64,000 bases of DNA from a virus (lineage: Duplodnaviria > Caudoviricetes): positions 1 through 64,000 of IMG/VR virus record IMGVR_UViG_3300017912_001009, one strand, 5' to 3'. Positions within the stretch are counted from its first letter, which is position 1. Every line of letters starts with the position of its first letter. A program made the translations under genes and the position numbers. This document shows, one piece after another, positions 20,955-30,315 of the stretch. The notes under the pieces were generated by a model. That model did not search any database, had not been told where the DNA came from, and saw nothing but the letters and a program-made list of their open reading frames with translations.

Positions 20955-21137
20955 ATTTTCATCTTCTCCTGAAGTTCCTTTTCATATGCTTTAGTAAATG
21001 CATCTCTAGCGTTTCTCATAACCATCTCATCAGAGAAACTAACATCGAATCCTATGATATCCTCCATGTCTTTCAGAAGTTCATTTCTTTCTTGTTCCTT
21101 CTTTAGAATCTCAAGAAACTTCCTTTCTGCACTCATA
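20942..21137 (-). CDS. Hypothetical protein (~64 aa)
   Basis: Likely start MSAERKFL after GTGA; packed within the operon. Confidence 0.5.
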
Positions 21138-21143
21138 GTATCA

Positions 21144-22229
21144 CTAATCAATGAAATGTATGATATCCTTCTTTCCATTTAGTATCTTATTAGCCTCTTC
21201 AAGAAGTATATCGTGCTTAGTTTTCAGGTCTATGTTAGAGCCTGTCTCAGCAATGAGTATTGAGTTGTCATCATGTCTTATGACCTCGGCTGCAACCAGT
21301 TTTGTAGCAGCATCATGTATCGTAGCAGGTACTCTCTTTTCCCCACTGACATATGTGACACGAACAGAATGCGAATGTAGGAATGGGTAGTTCTTCAAGA
21401 AGAATATCTTGCCATCTTTGTCAATTGTCCAATAGTCTCCCAACCTCTTTTGATTTTGATTATCTGTAAACTGAGTTACTGTGCCAACTGTTGATGATAT
21501 CGTACAAGCAGAACCATCCTCTCCCATCAAGAGTGAGGAAATTACAACTGTGTCTCCCGCTTCACTGTCGGTTGTGGCATAGAAGAAATCAGACACATTC
21601 ACAGTAGGCGCACCATTTGCAGTGACAGTCTTGGCAGAAGTCTCACCAGTAAACTTCGCAGTCTTGTGTGGAAAGACCTCATTGATTGCATCTGCTATTT
21701 GACTAGCAGTTGTCTTTGGGCCATAGTTGTCGAAGAAATCAGTTCCCTTCGTAATATTGAATGTGTATGCTCCTACACCTAGAGCAATAACCCAAGAGCC
21801 TCCTGTGGGACTTGATGGAACTTTTATCTTAGCAGAGGCAGATGCCAAGTCAACATACTCAGTTCCCTGCCATACCTCTAGCCTTACAATCTTCTGAACA
21901 TCAGGTCTTTCTAGTTGAACAAAGCCAATGTAATCCTTGAATCTATTTACTGGATAAGCACCCATCTTGAAAGCCTCAAAGCCATGAAACTCATGATGGT
22001 AGATTACTGGTCGGTAAGAATGTCCTACGACATCATCTACTCTCTCCTCTGCTTTCTTGATTAGGTTTCCAACCTCTGCGATAGAAGGAGTAGTAGATGA
22101 ACTGAATGCTGCTATCTGCAATAACTGTGACACATCACTATGCGTAGTATAGAATCCTCTTCCTTGCGAGTAGTTTGGATTGATATTCGTAAAGTCACTT
22201 GGGGAGGATAGTTTTGCCATTTTACTCAA
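21144..22229 (-). CDS. Head-tail adaptor (gp6/gp15-like) with an inserted domain (361 aa)
   Basis: N-terminal YTT..DV..LL...I..AEERVD and C-terminal VRVTYVSG..VPATIHDAATKLVA are typical adaptor motifs. Confidence 0.65.
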   Translation of the reverse strand: MSKMAKLSSPSDFTNINPNYSQGRGFYTTHSDVSQLLQIAAFSSSTTPSIAEVGNLIKKAEERVDDVVGHSYRPVIYHHEFHGFEAFKMGAYPVNRFKDYIGFVQLERPDVQKIVRLEVWQGTEYVDLASASAKIKVPSSPTGGSWVIALGVGAYTFNITKGTDFFDNYGPKTTASQIADAINEVFPHKTAKFTGETSAKTVTANGAPTVNVSDFFYATTDSEAGDTVVISSLLMGEDGSACTISSTVGTVTQFTDNQNQKRLGDYWTIDKDGKIFFLKNYPFLHSHSVRVTYVSGEKRVPATIHDAATKLVAAEVIRHDDNSILIAETGSNIDLKTKHDILLEEANKILNGKKDIIHFID

Positions 22230-23629
22230 CTCCTAAATCTTCGGGTCTTAGCCATGAAGGTCTTAACCCCCTTGACTATATCAGATATACTCTGTGCCTT
22301 TTCCTTTTCAGTGATGGCAAAAGCACCTTCTTCCGCTAATCTTAATTCTCCTGTTTTATCAAGAATCATCCCATAAACAGTGATTTCTCTTTTTTCTGAC
22401 TCACCCTCTTTTAAGTCCGGCAGTGATATTGTTCCTTTCTTAAGCGATTGATATCCATATACAGCGATAACAAACGTCACCTTTCCTACATCTAGGTCTA
22501 GGTAGTTTCTAGTGAGTTCAGAAAGAGTTGGCTCTTTTCCTTCACCTACTCCTCTCAATGCCTTGTCCCTATCTCGTACTCTTCTTGCTTTCATGAAGTT
22601 AGACTTTTCTAGAATCTCTTTAGAAACTTTATCCACTTGACTATCTTCTAGTCTTATCATACTGGTAAGGAAAGAAGCAGCCTTATCCCTGCCCTTTTGT
22701 GTCTTGGCATCAAACTCATTGTTTCCTATTCTATACACGGTAGGAACAACATCTTTCATCTCCTTAACGTATCCTCTCTCTATCTCTATCTTATCGGAAG
22801 ACATTCCTAGAAGTCTGTCAAATCTAGTTTTATTCAGAGTAACAGTTTCTTCCTTTTCGTTATTGGGGATGAAACGAAGATGCTCACTGTCAAAATCATC
22901 GAATCCATCATCTTTCAATAATGCCTTTAGATATGCCTCTAAATTCCATGTGTAAGAGATTCTACCTTTTGTCTTCTCATCACTTTTATCTTCTGTGAGA
23001 TAGTCTTTGATTTTACTTGCATCAAAGAGGCTTTGGTCTTTATCGATGGTTTCCATGACTTTAGACATCTTACCATTCTTCGCAGTCCCTTCGTATGTCT
23101 GACCTAGATAGGCGGGTAACAGCAGTTGCTCAAAAGTCACTTCCTTTTCTTTTATGACTTTAGCCACAGGGCTTGGTTTACCTTTTACTGATTCTAAGTA
23201 TTTCTCATATGCCTCATCCGAGTCGAAATCACTTCTTTCCTTTGCACCACTGCCAAACAACTCAAACATTGCAGCACCTTTCTTACCGGGCAAGTTGTCA
23301 TCTATCTGATTGATAGTCTCATATACAGGAAGAGCCAGTGCCTTCTTCACAAGTTTTCCCATGTAATCCTCATACTTTTGAAAATCTTCTTCTGTCTTGA
23401 AATCAGAATCAGTAAGTGACATCAATATTCTGAAGTCTCTCTTAACACTATCAGGTGTGAATCTCCTACTTGATTTCATTTGCTTCTGAAGCATCTTAAG
23501 AACGAAGGTGCGTAGAATAACAGACGCATCATTTGTTGGTTCAACAGTCGCACTGTTAACGGATGCATCATCTAGGCTGAATGTATCTTTGAGTTCGCTA
23601 TCATTGCTACTATCGATAGTTAAACTCAT
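22226..23629 (-). CDS. Hypothetical protein (467 aa)
   Basis: Long ORF in the operon, K/E/D-rich, no motif recognised. Confidence 0.7.
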   Translation of the reverse strand: MSLTIDSSNDSELKDTFSLDDASVNSATVEPTNDASVILRTFVLKMLQKQMKSSRRFTPDSVKRDFRILMSLTDSDFKTEEDFQKYEDYMGKLVKKALALPVYETINQIDDNLPGKKGAAMFELFGSGAKERSDFDSDEAYEKYLESVKGKPSPVAKVIKEKEVTFEQLLLPAYLGQTYEGTAKNGKMSKVMETIDKDQSLFDASKIKDYLTEDKSDEKTKGRISYTWNLEAYLKALLKDDGFDDFDSEHLRFIPNNEKEETVTLNKTRFDRLLGMSSDKIEIERGYVKEMKDVVPTVYRIGNNEFDAKTQKGRDKAASFLTSMIRLEDSQVDKVSKEILEKSNFMKARRVRDRDKALRGVGEGKEPTLSELTRNYLDLDVGKVTFVIAVYGYQSLKKGTISLPDLKEGESEKREITVYGMILDKTGELRLAEEGAFAITEKEKAQSISDIVKGVKTFMAKTRRFRS

Positions 23630-23643
23630 ACATTAAATTCCAC

Positions 23644-24345
23644 CTATGCCAACCACTTTGCCCAAGCAACCCCTTTACTCAAAGCACCAGCGAGTCCAAG
23701 ACCACTAGTTGGTGGGGTGTATGATGGTTGACCAGTATTGGGGTCTATCCAATACGGGTTATTGTATTGGTCATATCCAGCAGGTGGAATAGGATATCCT
23801 GATTGATTGTTAAAAGCCATCTGCTGTTGCATCATCTGCTGGTTCATTCCTCCCATAGCAGGTGCGCCCTGTATGTTAGTAGGTGTGGCCTGTGGCATTC
23901 CTTGCTGTTGCATACCACCCATCTGTGATTCTTGTGATGGTGAAGCAAAGCCTTGTGACTCTAGGTACTGTTGCTTTGCCATTCTTCTCTGCATGATGAC
24001 TTCCGAGTTAACAGCAGTCGATAGTAGATTCACAATATCCAAGTCTATGTTCTCTTGCGTGATGGTGGTAAACTCCGATAGTGAATCGGGGTGTATTTCC
24101 AAGTCACCGTTGGTGTTGGAAACGAATTTCATTTTGACTAGCATCTGACTGACAACTCTAGTCACTACATCTTCCAGCATTTTTTCAAACGCAGTTAGGA
24201 ATGGTTCTCCATGATACTGAAAGAATTCTTCCACATGATTCTCTTGCAAAGTTAAGAGATTGTTAGTCATTTTAAAGTTGGCTTGCCCCATTGTATTAAT
24301 TTGGGAAGACAAGGCCGAGTTGCTCGTTCCGAATACACCCATCAC
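23644..24345 (-). CDS. Hypothetical protein with Q/M/G-rich low-complexity region and amphipathic C-terminus (233 aa)
   Basis: Contains QMGGMQQQGMPQ...QQMMQQQM; ends GLAGALSKGVAWAKWLA. Confidence 0.7.
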   Translation of the reverse strand: MMGVFGTSNSALSSQINTMGQANFKMTNNLLTLQENHVEEFFQYHGEPFLTAFEKMLEDVVTRVVSQMLVKMKFVSNTNGDLEIHPDSLSEFTTITQENIDLDIVNLLSTAVNSEVIMQRRMAKQQYLESQGFASPSQESQMGGMQQQGMPQATPTNIQGAPAMGGMNQQMMQQQMAFNNQSGYPIPPAGYDQYNNPYWIDPNTGQPSYTPPTSGLGLAGALSKGVAWAKWLA

Positions 24346-25022
24346 TCGCCACCTTCCTGTGCCTCAATCTTAACGCCTTCGGTCAATAAAGATTTAATCT
24401 TAGCAGACATGGCAGTATTCTGTATCATCAGAGCATAGAGTTGCTCTTCCTTCGATGAGTTCTCACTAACTGGTGGCTCTACTGTCCATCCTAGAGATGT
24501 AAGAGAATTAATATCCTCTTGCTTCAGTTGTGTTATCGGCCCTGACTTTACTAGGTTTACTGGATTCAGACTCCTAGCAGAAGGAATATAAGCACTGAAT
24601 GAAAGTCCATGTTCCTCTGCTAGTATTTGCTGTTCTAGCATCTCATACTGCATATGTATTGCTGCATGTTTCTCACAGTATGTTCCTCTCATTGGATATC
24701 CCTTGCGAACCTTGTGCAGTGGAAGCGGTGGTCTTCTAGTGTCGTCTGCTGTCCAAAACTTCTGTGTTCCACATATCACACATCTATCTTTGTAGTTGTA
24801 CTTGAAGGAGTAAGGTATCTTGAGAAATGTTTTCTTCTCAGGTTTCAATACCTTCACTATTTCTTTCAACTGTTTCTTTGGTTTCAATGCCTTATACTCA
24901 TAAGCCATTATTGGCCCTGCTGCTCTTGCAGCAGTCAACCTATCCATGAATGGATTAGGGCCAGCATTCACTGTTGCGTTCGTTGCTCCTATCAAACTAG
25001 GGGGGTTAAATTGCATGGACAT
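24342..25022 (-). CDS. Putative zinc-binding protein (226 aa)
   Basis: CVIC...YCEKH ligand set. Confidence 0.6.
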   Translation of the reverse strand: MSMQFNPPSLIGATNATVNAGPNPFMDRLTAARAAGPIMAYEYKALKPKKQLKEIVKVLKPEKKTFLKIPYSFKYNYKDRCVICGTQKFWTADDTRRPPLPLHKVRKGYPMRGTYCEKHAAIHMQYEMLEQQILAEEHGLSFSAYIPSARSLNPVNLVKSGPITQLKQEDINSLTSLGWTVEPPVSENSSKEEQLYALMIQNTAMSAKIKSLLTEGVKIEAQEGGE

Positions 25023-25082
25023 TTTCTGTTTCTCCTACCAATCTAGGTCTACCCTGCGGTAAGACCTGACTAATCTGACGCA

Positions 25083-25754
25083 TCAGTAGTCTTTTATCAT
25101 TGTTAATATTCCACGATAAACCATTTCAGAGTCTGACTTAGCACTCACTATGTACTTATGACAAGGTATTCCAGTTTCATTCAACTTCTGCAATCCCGGT
25201 CTGAAAGATTCAAAAATAGGATGATTCTCTATTTTTCCATCATAGGGATACTTGTCTTTCCATAAGTCATACTTGTTTGCCCAAAGACCGACAGCCAAGG
25301 GATAGTCGTGGTCTTGCTTCTTCTTCTTTCTACCACCAATTGTCCAATATGGATTGCAGATAGTATCAACTAGAAATGTCCAAGATAACTGCTGCTCTAT
25401 GTCATAGTGCTTGCTTAGATGTCTGTCATCAAACATGAAGATGATGTATTTTACATGCCTTCCTCGCATGTCTCTAACCCATTCTTCCCAATAGACAGTC
25501 TGCCCACCTATGTCAGCAGTCTTTACAGTATGAGCATCTCCATCTAGTTTGACGAACTTGCGAGTAGCCCTGTGTCTGCCTACTGTACGTTTCTGTATTT
25601 CAGGCACTTCTCCTCTAGTCATCAGTTGTTTATGCAGTGTAGTCTTACCTGCTTGACTTGCACCATAGATGCCGAAATTGATAGCGTGAAGCCGATTATA
25701 CAACTTGTTCATTGCTTCTACAATCAGTATTGCAAAACCTGCCATTACCGACAC
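25083..25754 (-). CDS. Small Ras-superfamily (Arf/Sar1-like) GTPase (223 aa)
   Basis: G1 GASQAGKT, G2 RTVG, G3 DIGGQ, strand IIFMFD, G4 ANKYD, G5 SAK; hydrophobic/amphipathic N-terminal helix. Confidence 0.85.
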   Translation of the reverse strand: MSVMAGFAILIVEAMNKLYNRLHAINFGIYGASQAGKTTLHKQLMTRGEVPEIQKRTVGRHRATRKFVKLDGDAHTVKTADIGGQTVYWEEWVRDMRGRHVKYIIFMFDDRHLSKHYDIEQQLSWTFLVDTICNPYWTIGGRKKKKQDHDYPLAVGLWANKYDLWKDKYPYDGKIENHPIFESFRPGLQKLNETGIPCHKYIVSAKSDSEMVYRGILTMIKDY

Positions 25755-25808
25755 ACTATCACCTCGTCAGTGAGTCGGATGTCGCAGAGCATTAAAATGG
25801 TTGAGAAG

Positions 25809-26030
25809 TCAATGACCGCCCCAAAGAGAACTGAGTACATGCCATCCAACTTCATACAAATTGATTCCCCAAAGAGAGATGGCATGACCTACGAAGAAAC
25901 TTGCAATAGATGCGAATGTTCCCCAAAGCCAAAACCTCGCTCTTAGAAACCACACATCAGCAGAGTGCGCTCTTTGTAAGTCATAGGCTAGAGTAGATTC
26001 ATCCATTCCAAATAGGATTTCACTTACCAT
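25809..26030 (-). CDS. Small membrane protein (73 aa)
   Basis: Hydrophobic, Trp-rich segment FWLWGTFASIASFFVGHAISLWGI. Confidence 0.65.
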   Translation of the reverse strand: MVSEILFGMDESTLAYDLQRAHSADVWFLRARFWLWGTFASIASFFVGHAISLWGINLYEVGWHVLSSLWGGH

Positions 26031-26035
26031 CTAAA

Positions 26036-26464
26036 TCACTCATTGAAACCTGTTAGGAAGGTAGGACTGACCGTTTGCACTTCCTGTGATGGCTGCATCA
26101 CTGGAAGGTTTTGGTCTCCGTATACTGTTGGTGTTGTACCAAACTGCTGTTGGAAGCCTCTGAATGACTCCCTAACTCTCTTACGGTTCTCCTCATCTCT
26201 TGCCTTTCTGTTCCAATAAGCGTTGATTTGTCGCTGAAGTAGAAAGTCCTCTATGTAGTCATTAATCATCAAATCGAACAATGCTTTCAATATGACAATG
26301 CCACCTACTGTGAGGACACCGAATATCATAGCCACTGGATAAGGGCCATAGGCATTTACGAATGTAGAACCGTATTGTGAGAAGAAGTACACATTGACTC
26401 CACTAACTGCTCCAACAAAAAGAACAGTCATTATTAGTCTAGTATCTGTATCTATGCTTGGCAT
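26036..26464 (-). CDS. Two-TM membrane protein with charged/Gln-rich tail (~142 aa)
   Basis: Hydrophobic segments LIMTVLFVGAVSGVNVYFF and VAMIFGVLTVGGIVILKALF; ATG at 26464 follows GAGGTGA. Confidence 0.7.
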   Translation of the reverse strand: MPSIDTDTRLIMTVLFVGAVSGVNVYFFSQYGSTFVNAYGPYPVAMIFGVLTVGGIVILKALFDLMINDYIEDFLLQRQINAYWNRKARDEENRKRVRESFRGFQQQFGTTPTVYGDQNLPVMQPSQEVQTVSPTFLTGFNE

Positions 26465-26474
26465 ATTAATCACC

Positions 26475-26771
26475 TCAAGCAAAGTTCACAGAGACAGTTC
26501 CTGTGCCAGTAATCTGAACATATATTCCGTTGGCTACAAGAACGCCATGTAGGTCTTGCTCAATGGTTTGAGCAGTGCCTCCTGCATGTAGAACTATTCG
26601 GGCAACCTCCTTCTTGCCTGATGTTGTAGAGTTGTCACTGTCCCATATCTTGACAGTCATTAGAGCGTTAGCCGTTGATGTGGCATGAACGCTCATTATC
26701 TTAGCATGATGCTTTACTGCTACTGTGCTAGTAGAAAGAACTCCTGTGCTGTTGCAGGTGGGAGTTGACAT
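26475..26771 (-). CDS. Small beta-rich virion protein (~98 aa)
   Basis: Ends GIYVQITGTGTVSVNFA; lies close to the capsid genes. Confidence 0.5.
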   Translation of the reverse strand: MSTPTCNSTGVLSTSTVAVKHHAKIMSVHATSTANALMTVKIWDSDNSTTSGKKEVARIVLHAGGTAQTIEQDLHGVLVANGIYVQITGTGTVSVNFA

Positions 26772-27235
26772 CACTCTGCCCCCGACATTCTCTCCACTAG
26801 GTCGGCTTTCTTGCCATCAGTAGATAGTCCCTTTTCCTCAAGCATTTCTTTTAGTTGCTTCACTGTATATTTTGAGTAGTCAACAGCCTCTTCTTCAACC
26901 TCTTCAGGCTCTTCTTCTACGGGAGTCTCCTTAATCAGATTTGGAATGAAAGACTTCTTCTCAGAGGGGAATAGTGCAGTCCTTACTGCCTTTGCATCTC
27001 CCTCAAGGTTGAACTCTTTTTTGAGTAGGTTTAGGAGATACTCGTTGAGTCCGAGTATATCACCTGAGTCTGTTGAATCTAACTCAACAGTTAATCCGCT
27101 ATCTCCTAGCATTCCTATTGCTATTCCTAACGGAACTTTTGTTTCTTCTTGCGCTGTTAATGCGTATGTTTGACCGCCTCTTCTCAAGATGAGAGGGCCA
27201 GTCGGTCTATGTCTAACTAACTTTACTTTTGCCAT
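26771..27235 (-). CDS. Protein with C-terminal SAP/HeH DNA-binding motif (154 aa)
   Basis: YSKYTVKQLKEMLEEKGLSTDGKKADLVERM matches the SAP consensus. Confidence 0.7.
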   Translation of the reverse strand: MAKVKLVRHRPTGPLILRRGGQTYALTAQEETKVPLGIAIGMLGDSGLTVELDSTDSGDILGLNEYLLNLLKKEFNLEGDAKAVRTALFPSEKKSFIPNLIKETPVEEEPEEVEEEAVDYSKYTVKQLKEMLEEKGLSTDGKKADLVERMSGAE

Positions 27236-27259
27236 AATAACACCTTATTTTTTTTGTTG

Positions 27260-27297
27260 GTAGTAACCCCTGCCCTGTTACGGGCAGAGGCTACTAC
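27260..27297 (-). other. 16-bp intergenic RNA stem-loop
   Basis: Minus strand reads GTAGTAGCCTCTGCCC-GTAACA-GGGCAGGGGTTACTAC; fully paired with two G-U pairs on this strand only. Confidence 0.65.
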
Positions 27298-27325
27298 TTT
27301 ACGTTATCACTTAATCATTGTTATT

Positions 27326-27661
27326 TCAAAGATTACCATAGACACGGACTCTCACCATGCCTTCATCCCCTGTACCTGATTGTTGTGCAGAACCAGTAGA
27401 CAGGATAAGTTTGGCACTTGTTCCTGACTCGTATGCCCCTGCTGTACTGATGACGGCTCTTGCACTGTGTCCAATCTCCTCTACACCTGTTACTAGAACG
27501 CAGTGTAGGGAAGACAGACCCAATTCAGCAGCAGTCAGAGTTATTCCACCCTGAACGTATGCAGTTATGTTGACTATTGCATCAACCACATACTCGTCAC
27601 CTGCAACCTTTGGGGCAGTTACGCCCTTATGGTCAGCAACTAGAGTAACTGTGTGTGCCAA
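27326..27661 (-). CDS. Putative capsid decoration protein (111 aa)
   Basis: Directly downstream of MCP; small and beta-rich (Y..GGI.LTAAELGLSSL..V). Confidence 0.55.
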   Translation of the reverse strand: MAHTVTLVADHKGVTAPKVAGDEYVVDAIVNITAYVQGGITLTAAELGLSSLHCVLVTGVEEIGHSARAVISTAGAYESGTSAKLILSTGSAQQSGTGDEGMVRVRVYGNL

Positions 27662-27672
27662 CTCTAATCACC

Positions 27673-29034
27673 TCAAGCACTCTTGATGTTGGTTATCTTT
27701 CCTTGTCCCTTGAAGAACGAACATCCGGTTTCACCCATCGTTCGGTACATTCCTTGGTTCCCAAGTTTGCCAACACCGAATGGGTTTCCGCTAGTGATAC
27801 CATCCTCAAAGTATTGAGTAGGCTTCATCACCGATAGCCACAGATGGTCTGTGTCTAGGATGAGTATGTCACTCAACTCGTTGGTTGTGTTGCTACCAGT
27901 AGATGGCATGTCCTTGGTTGGGATAATTGGGATGTCGTAGTATGTTGCAACTCTGAATCCAACTTCCTGTCCCTTAACTCCACGAACTCCGTTGTGGGTT
28001 GGAACAATCTCCTTCCTGTCCATGAACCTCTCTTGGCTTTGTAGCAAGTCAGCAAGGTGCTGAACAGTGTCGTAGCCAGTCAAGATAACTTTCGGGTTTC
28101 CGCCGTTCTGCCTGATTCTCCTAATCATGTCGTTAAGCATGGTTAGAGTTAGAACTCTAGCATCGCCAGCAGCATATCCTGCACCGAAGTCAACCTCTGC
28201 ATCCAAGAAGGAAGCAGTTCCAGTTGCAGCGTTGCTGCTGACGGAAACAGTTCGGGAAGTACCGAATAGTCTTACTACATCAGCGACTACTGCGGAGTTG
28301 TCTCCGTTGTTAGCACCAGTGTCCAATAGGTTTGCGTTATACATAGCAGCAATCTCACCAGCAGAGGAAACTATCTTCATTAGAGATGTGTAGTTTCGCT
28401 CGATGGTTGTTGCAGTTCCGTCATCATACCTCTCAAGAGGCATAACTAGCATCTTGCTCTGAGTCTCTGCGTGTAGTTTACCCATGTCCTCTCTAACGAT
28501 TGCACGAATGTCACCAACACCGTCATCAATAGCAGCAAGTTCCATACCAAGTTCCGAGAACTCAAACAAGTGAGCAATCGTCTTTGGACTGACGTATAGT
28601 TTCTCATACTGAGGTGCAATTGGTGGGATATCGTTTCCAGTTCCTAGAGTTGCGTTCTCACCAACACCACCAATCTTGTCTGCTCTTGGTGTGTCTGAAC
28701 CTTCAGCACCAGTTCCGATTCCGAATGCAGAACCTGAGCCACCCTGCGCTCTGCTCTTTAGGACTCTCCATCCACTGGATGTGTAGGGTCTCTTTGCAAG
28801 CATAGCAAGAGGGTTAACCTCTTGGTTTAGCATAGACCATACTTTCTGTCCGTAGAGAACGTTGTATAGGTCTCCCAATCCACTAGCAGCAGAAAACGGG
28901 TTGCTTGCTGCATCGTGGGGCGTTCCGAAACCACCGACAACACCAGCAGCCTTTAGCAGAGCATTGCCCTGTGCGCCAGCATAGCCGTAGGTGGCTGCTT
29001 CTAAGTCTTTTACTGTGTTAATATATCCACTCAT
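27673..29034 (-). CDS. Major capsid protein, HK97 fold (453 aa)
   Basis: Follows the prohead protease; C-terminal VATYYDIPIIPTKDMP...ILILDTDHLWLSV pattern. Confidence 0.85.
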   Translation of the reverse strand: MSGYINTVKDLEAATYGYAGAQGNALLKAAGVVGGFGTPHDAASNPFSAASGLGDLYNVLYGQKVWSMLNQEVNPLAMLAKRPYTSSGWRVLKSRAQGGSGSAFGIGTGAEGSDTPRADKIGGVGENATLGTGNDIPPIAPQYEKLYVSPKTIAHLFEFSELGMELAAIDDGVGDIRAIVREDMGKLHAETQSKMLVMPLERYDDGTATTIERNYTSLMKIVSSAGEIAAMYNANLLDTGANNGDNSAVVADVVRLFGTSRTVSVSSNAATGTASFLDAEVDFGAGYAAGDARVLTLTMLNDMIRRIRQNGGNPKVILTGYDTVQHLADLLQSQERFMDRKEIVPTHNGVRGVKGQEVGFRVATYYDIPIIPTKDMPSTGSNTTNELSDILILDTDHLWLSVMKPTQYFEDGITSGNPFGVGKLGNQGMYRTMGETGCSFFKGQGKITNIKSA

Positions 29035-29035
29035 T

Positions 29036-30277
29036 TTAGTTCACCTTCCTTGCGAGGTTGTGTATGTCTCCCCATGACATCTCAGCAACTGCATCAGCAG
29101 TTGTTGGGAATCCTTCAGGTAGAGAGAAAGCGACTTCTGTTGCTTTCCTTATCTCATCATCCTTTGCAGTAAGGGACTTGCGTAGTTCTGCAAACTCCTC
29201 TTTGAGAGCGGCTACTTCTGACGAAGCATCGTACTCTGCTCTCTCTGCGGCTGATTTCTTGACTTCAAGTTCAGCAGCGAATCTCTCAGCAAATTGCTTC
29301 GATAGGTTATCGTAAGCCATTGCCTCTAGTTGCTCTGCCTTGTAAGCCTCGTAAGCCTTCTCTACGTTCTCGGCACTAAGGTCGAGAGTTGTGAAGTCAG
29401 AACCCTCAAGACCCTTAGAGACTGATAGAGCAGCAGGTGCTGCAACTGGCTTTCCGTTTACTACAACGTTCTCGCCAGCCTCATAGTCTCTAGTTGAGTC
29501 TTCATCAAGAGCCTTCTCTTCCATATCCATGCTCTCAACTTCGTCTTCCTTCATAGACATTTTATCTTCATCCATGTCCATGCTCTCAACCTCTTCTTTT
29601 TCGGTCATCATTTTTGCATCTTCTTTCATTTCCATTGTTTCCAATTCATCTTCTTTTGCGACTGTTTCACCAGTGACTTCACGAACCTGCGTTAACAGAC
29701 CGTTGAGTTCTTCCAATGCTTTCGTCAATTTTTCCGTCATTTCTTTACCTCCTTTCGCTTTCAAAATGTCGAATTTCGCTTCAGGGTTTATTCCTTTTTC
29801 ACATATAGTAACTTCATGCAACTCCAAGTTGTCAATCTCGTTGTATTCCCCGTATTCCTCCGATTTTCTTTCTCTCTTTGATATCGCTTGTCCACCGATA
29901 CTGAAGGAACGTAGTGTGCCTTTTCTGATTCCTCTGTTTATTTCCTTTGCCTTCTCTATGTCATCTCTCATCTTGATAACTACATAGAATCCGACACCAT
30001 CTACACCTGTCTTGTGTAATGTACCATTGGAATCACGGTATTGCTCTATCACCTCTCCTACCTGAACGTTGGAATGATTTGACATGACGTTTCTGTAAGA
30101 CTTCTCACTCATGAAATCTTTAACGGCTTTTTCTAATGCTTCTAGTGTAATCAAGTCATTCTGCTTATCTACTATTTCGATGGATGCATATCCTCCGATT
30201 ACTAGATTATCTGACTTGAGAATAGTGAAATCACTAGAACTCTCTTGTCTAATCAATACCTCCTGTTCAGCAAACAC
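29036..30277 (-). CDS. Prohead protease fused to a scaffold-like region (413 aa)
   Basis: IGGYASIEIVDKQND, VMSNH, LRSFSIGG, LHEVTICEKGINPEAKF; acidic M/E-rich C-terminal half. Confidence 0.85.
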   Translation of the reverse strand: MFAEQEVLIRQESSSDFTILKSDNLVIGGYASIEIVDKQNDLITLEALEKAVKDFMSEKSYRNVMSNHSNVQVGEVIEQYRDSNGTLHKTGVDGVGFYVVIKMRDDIEKAKEINRGIRKGTLRSFSIGGQAISKRERKSEEYGEYNEIDNLELHEVTICEKGINPEAKFDILKAKGGKEMTEKLTKALEELNGLLTQVREVTGETVAKEDELETMEMKEDAKMMTEKEEVESMDMDEDKMSMKEDEVESMDMEEKALDEDSTRDYEAGENVVVNGKPVAAPAALSVSKGLEGSDFTTLDLSAENVEKAYEAYKAEQLEAMAYDNLSKQFAERFAAELEVKKSAAERAEYDASSEVAALKEEFAELRKSLTAKDDEIRKATEVAFSLPEGFPTTADAVAEMSWGDIHNLARKVN

Positions 30278-30315
30278 TCACAGCACCTATTCCTTTTACT
30301 ATAAGAAGTAGGCGG

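Noticed and set aside
25809-26464. Calling the two membrane proteins holins
   Set aside because: TM segments alone do not establish a holin, and no endolysin or pseudomurein hydrolase is seen; left as part of the GTPase module hypothesis.
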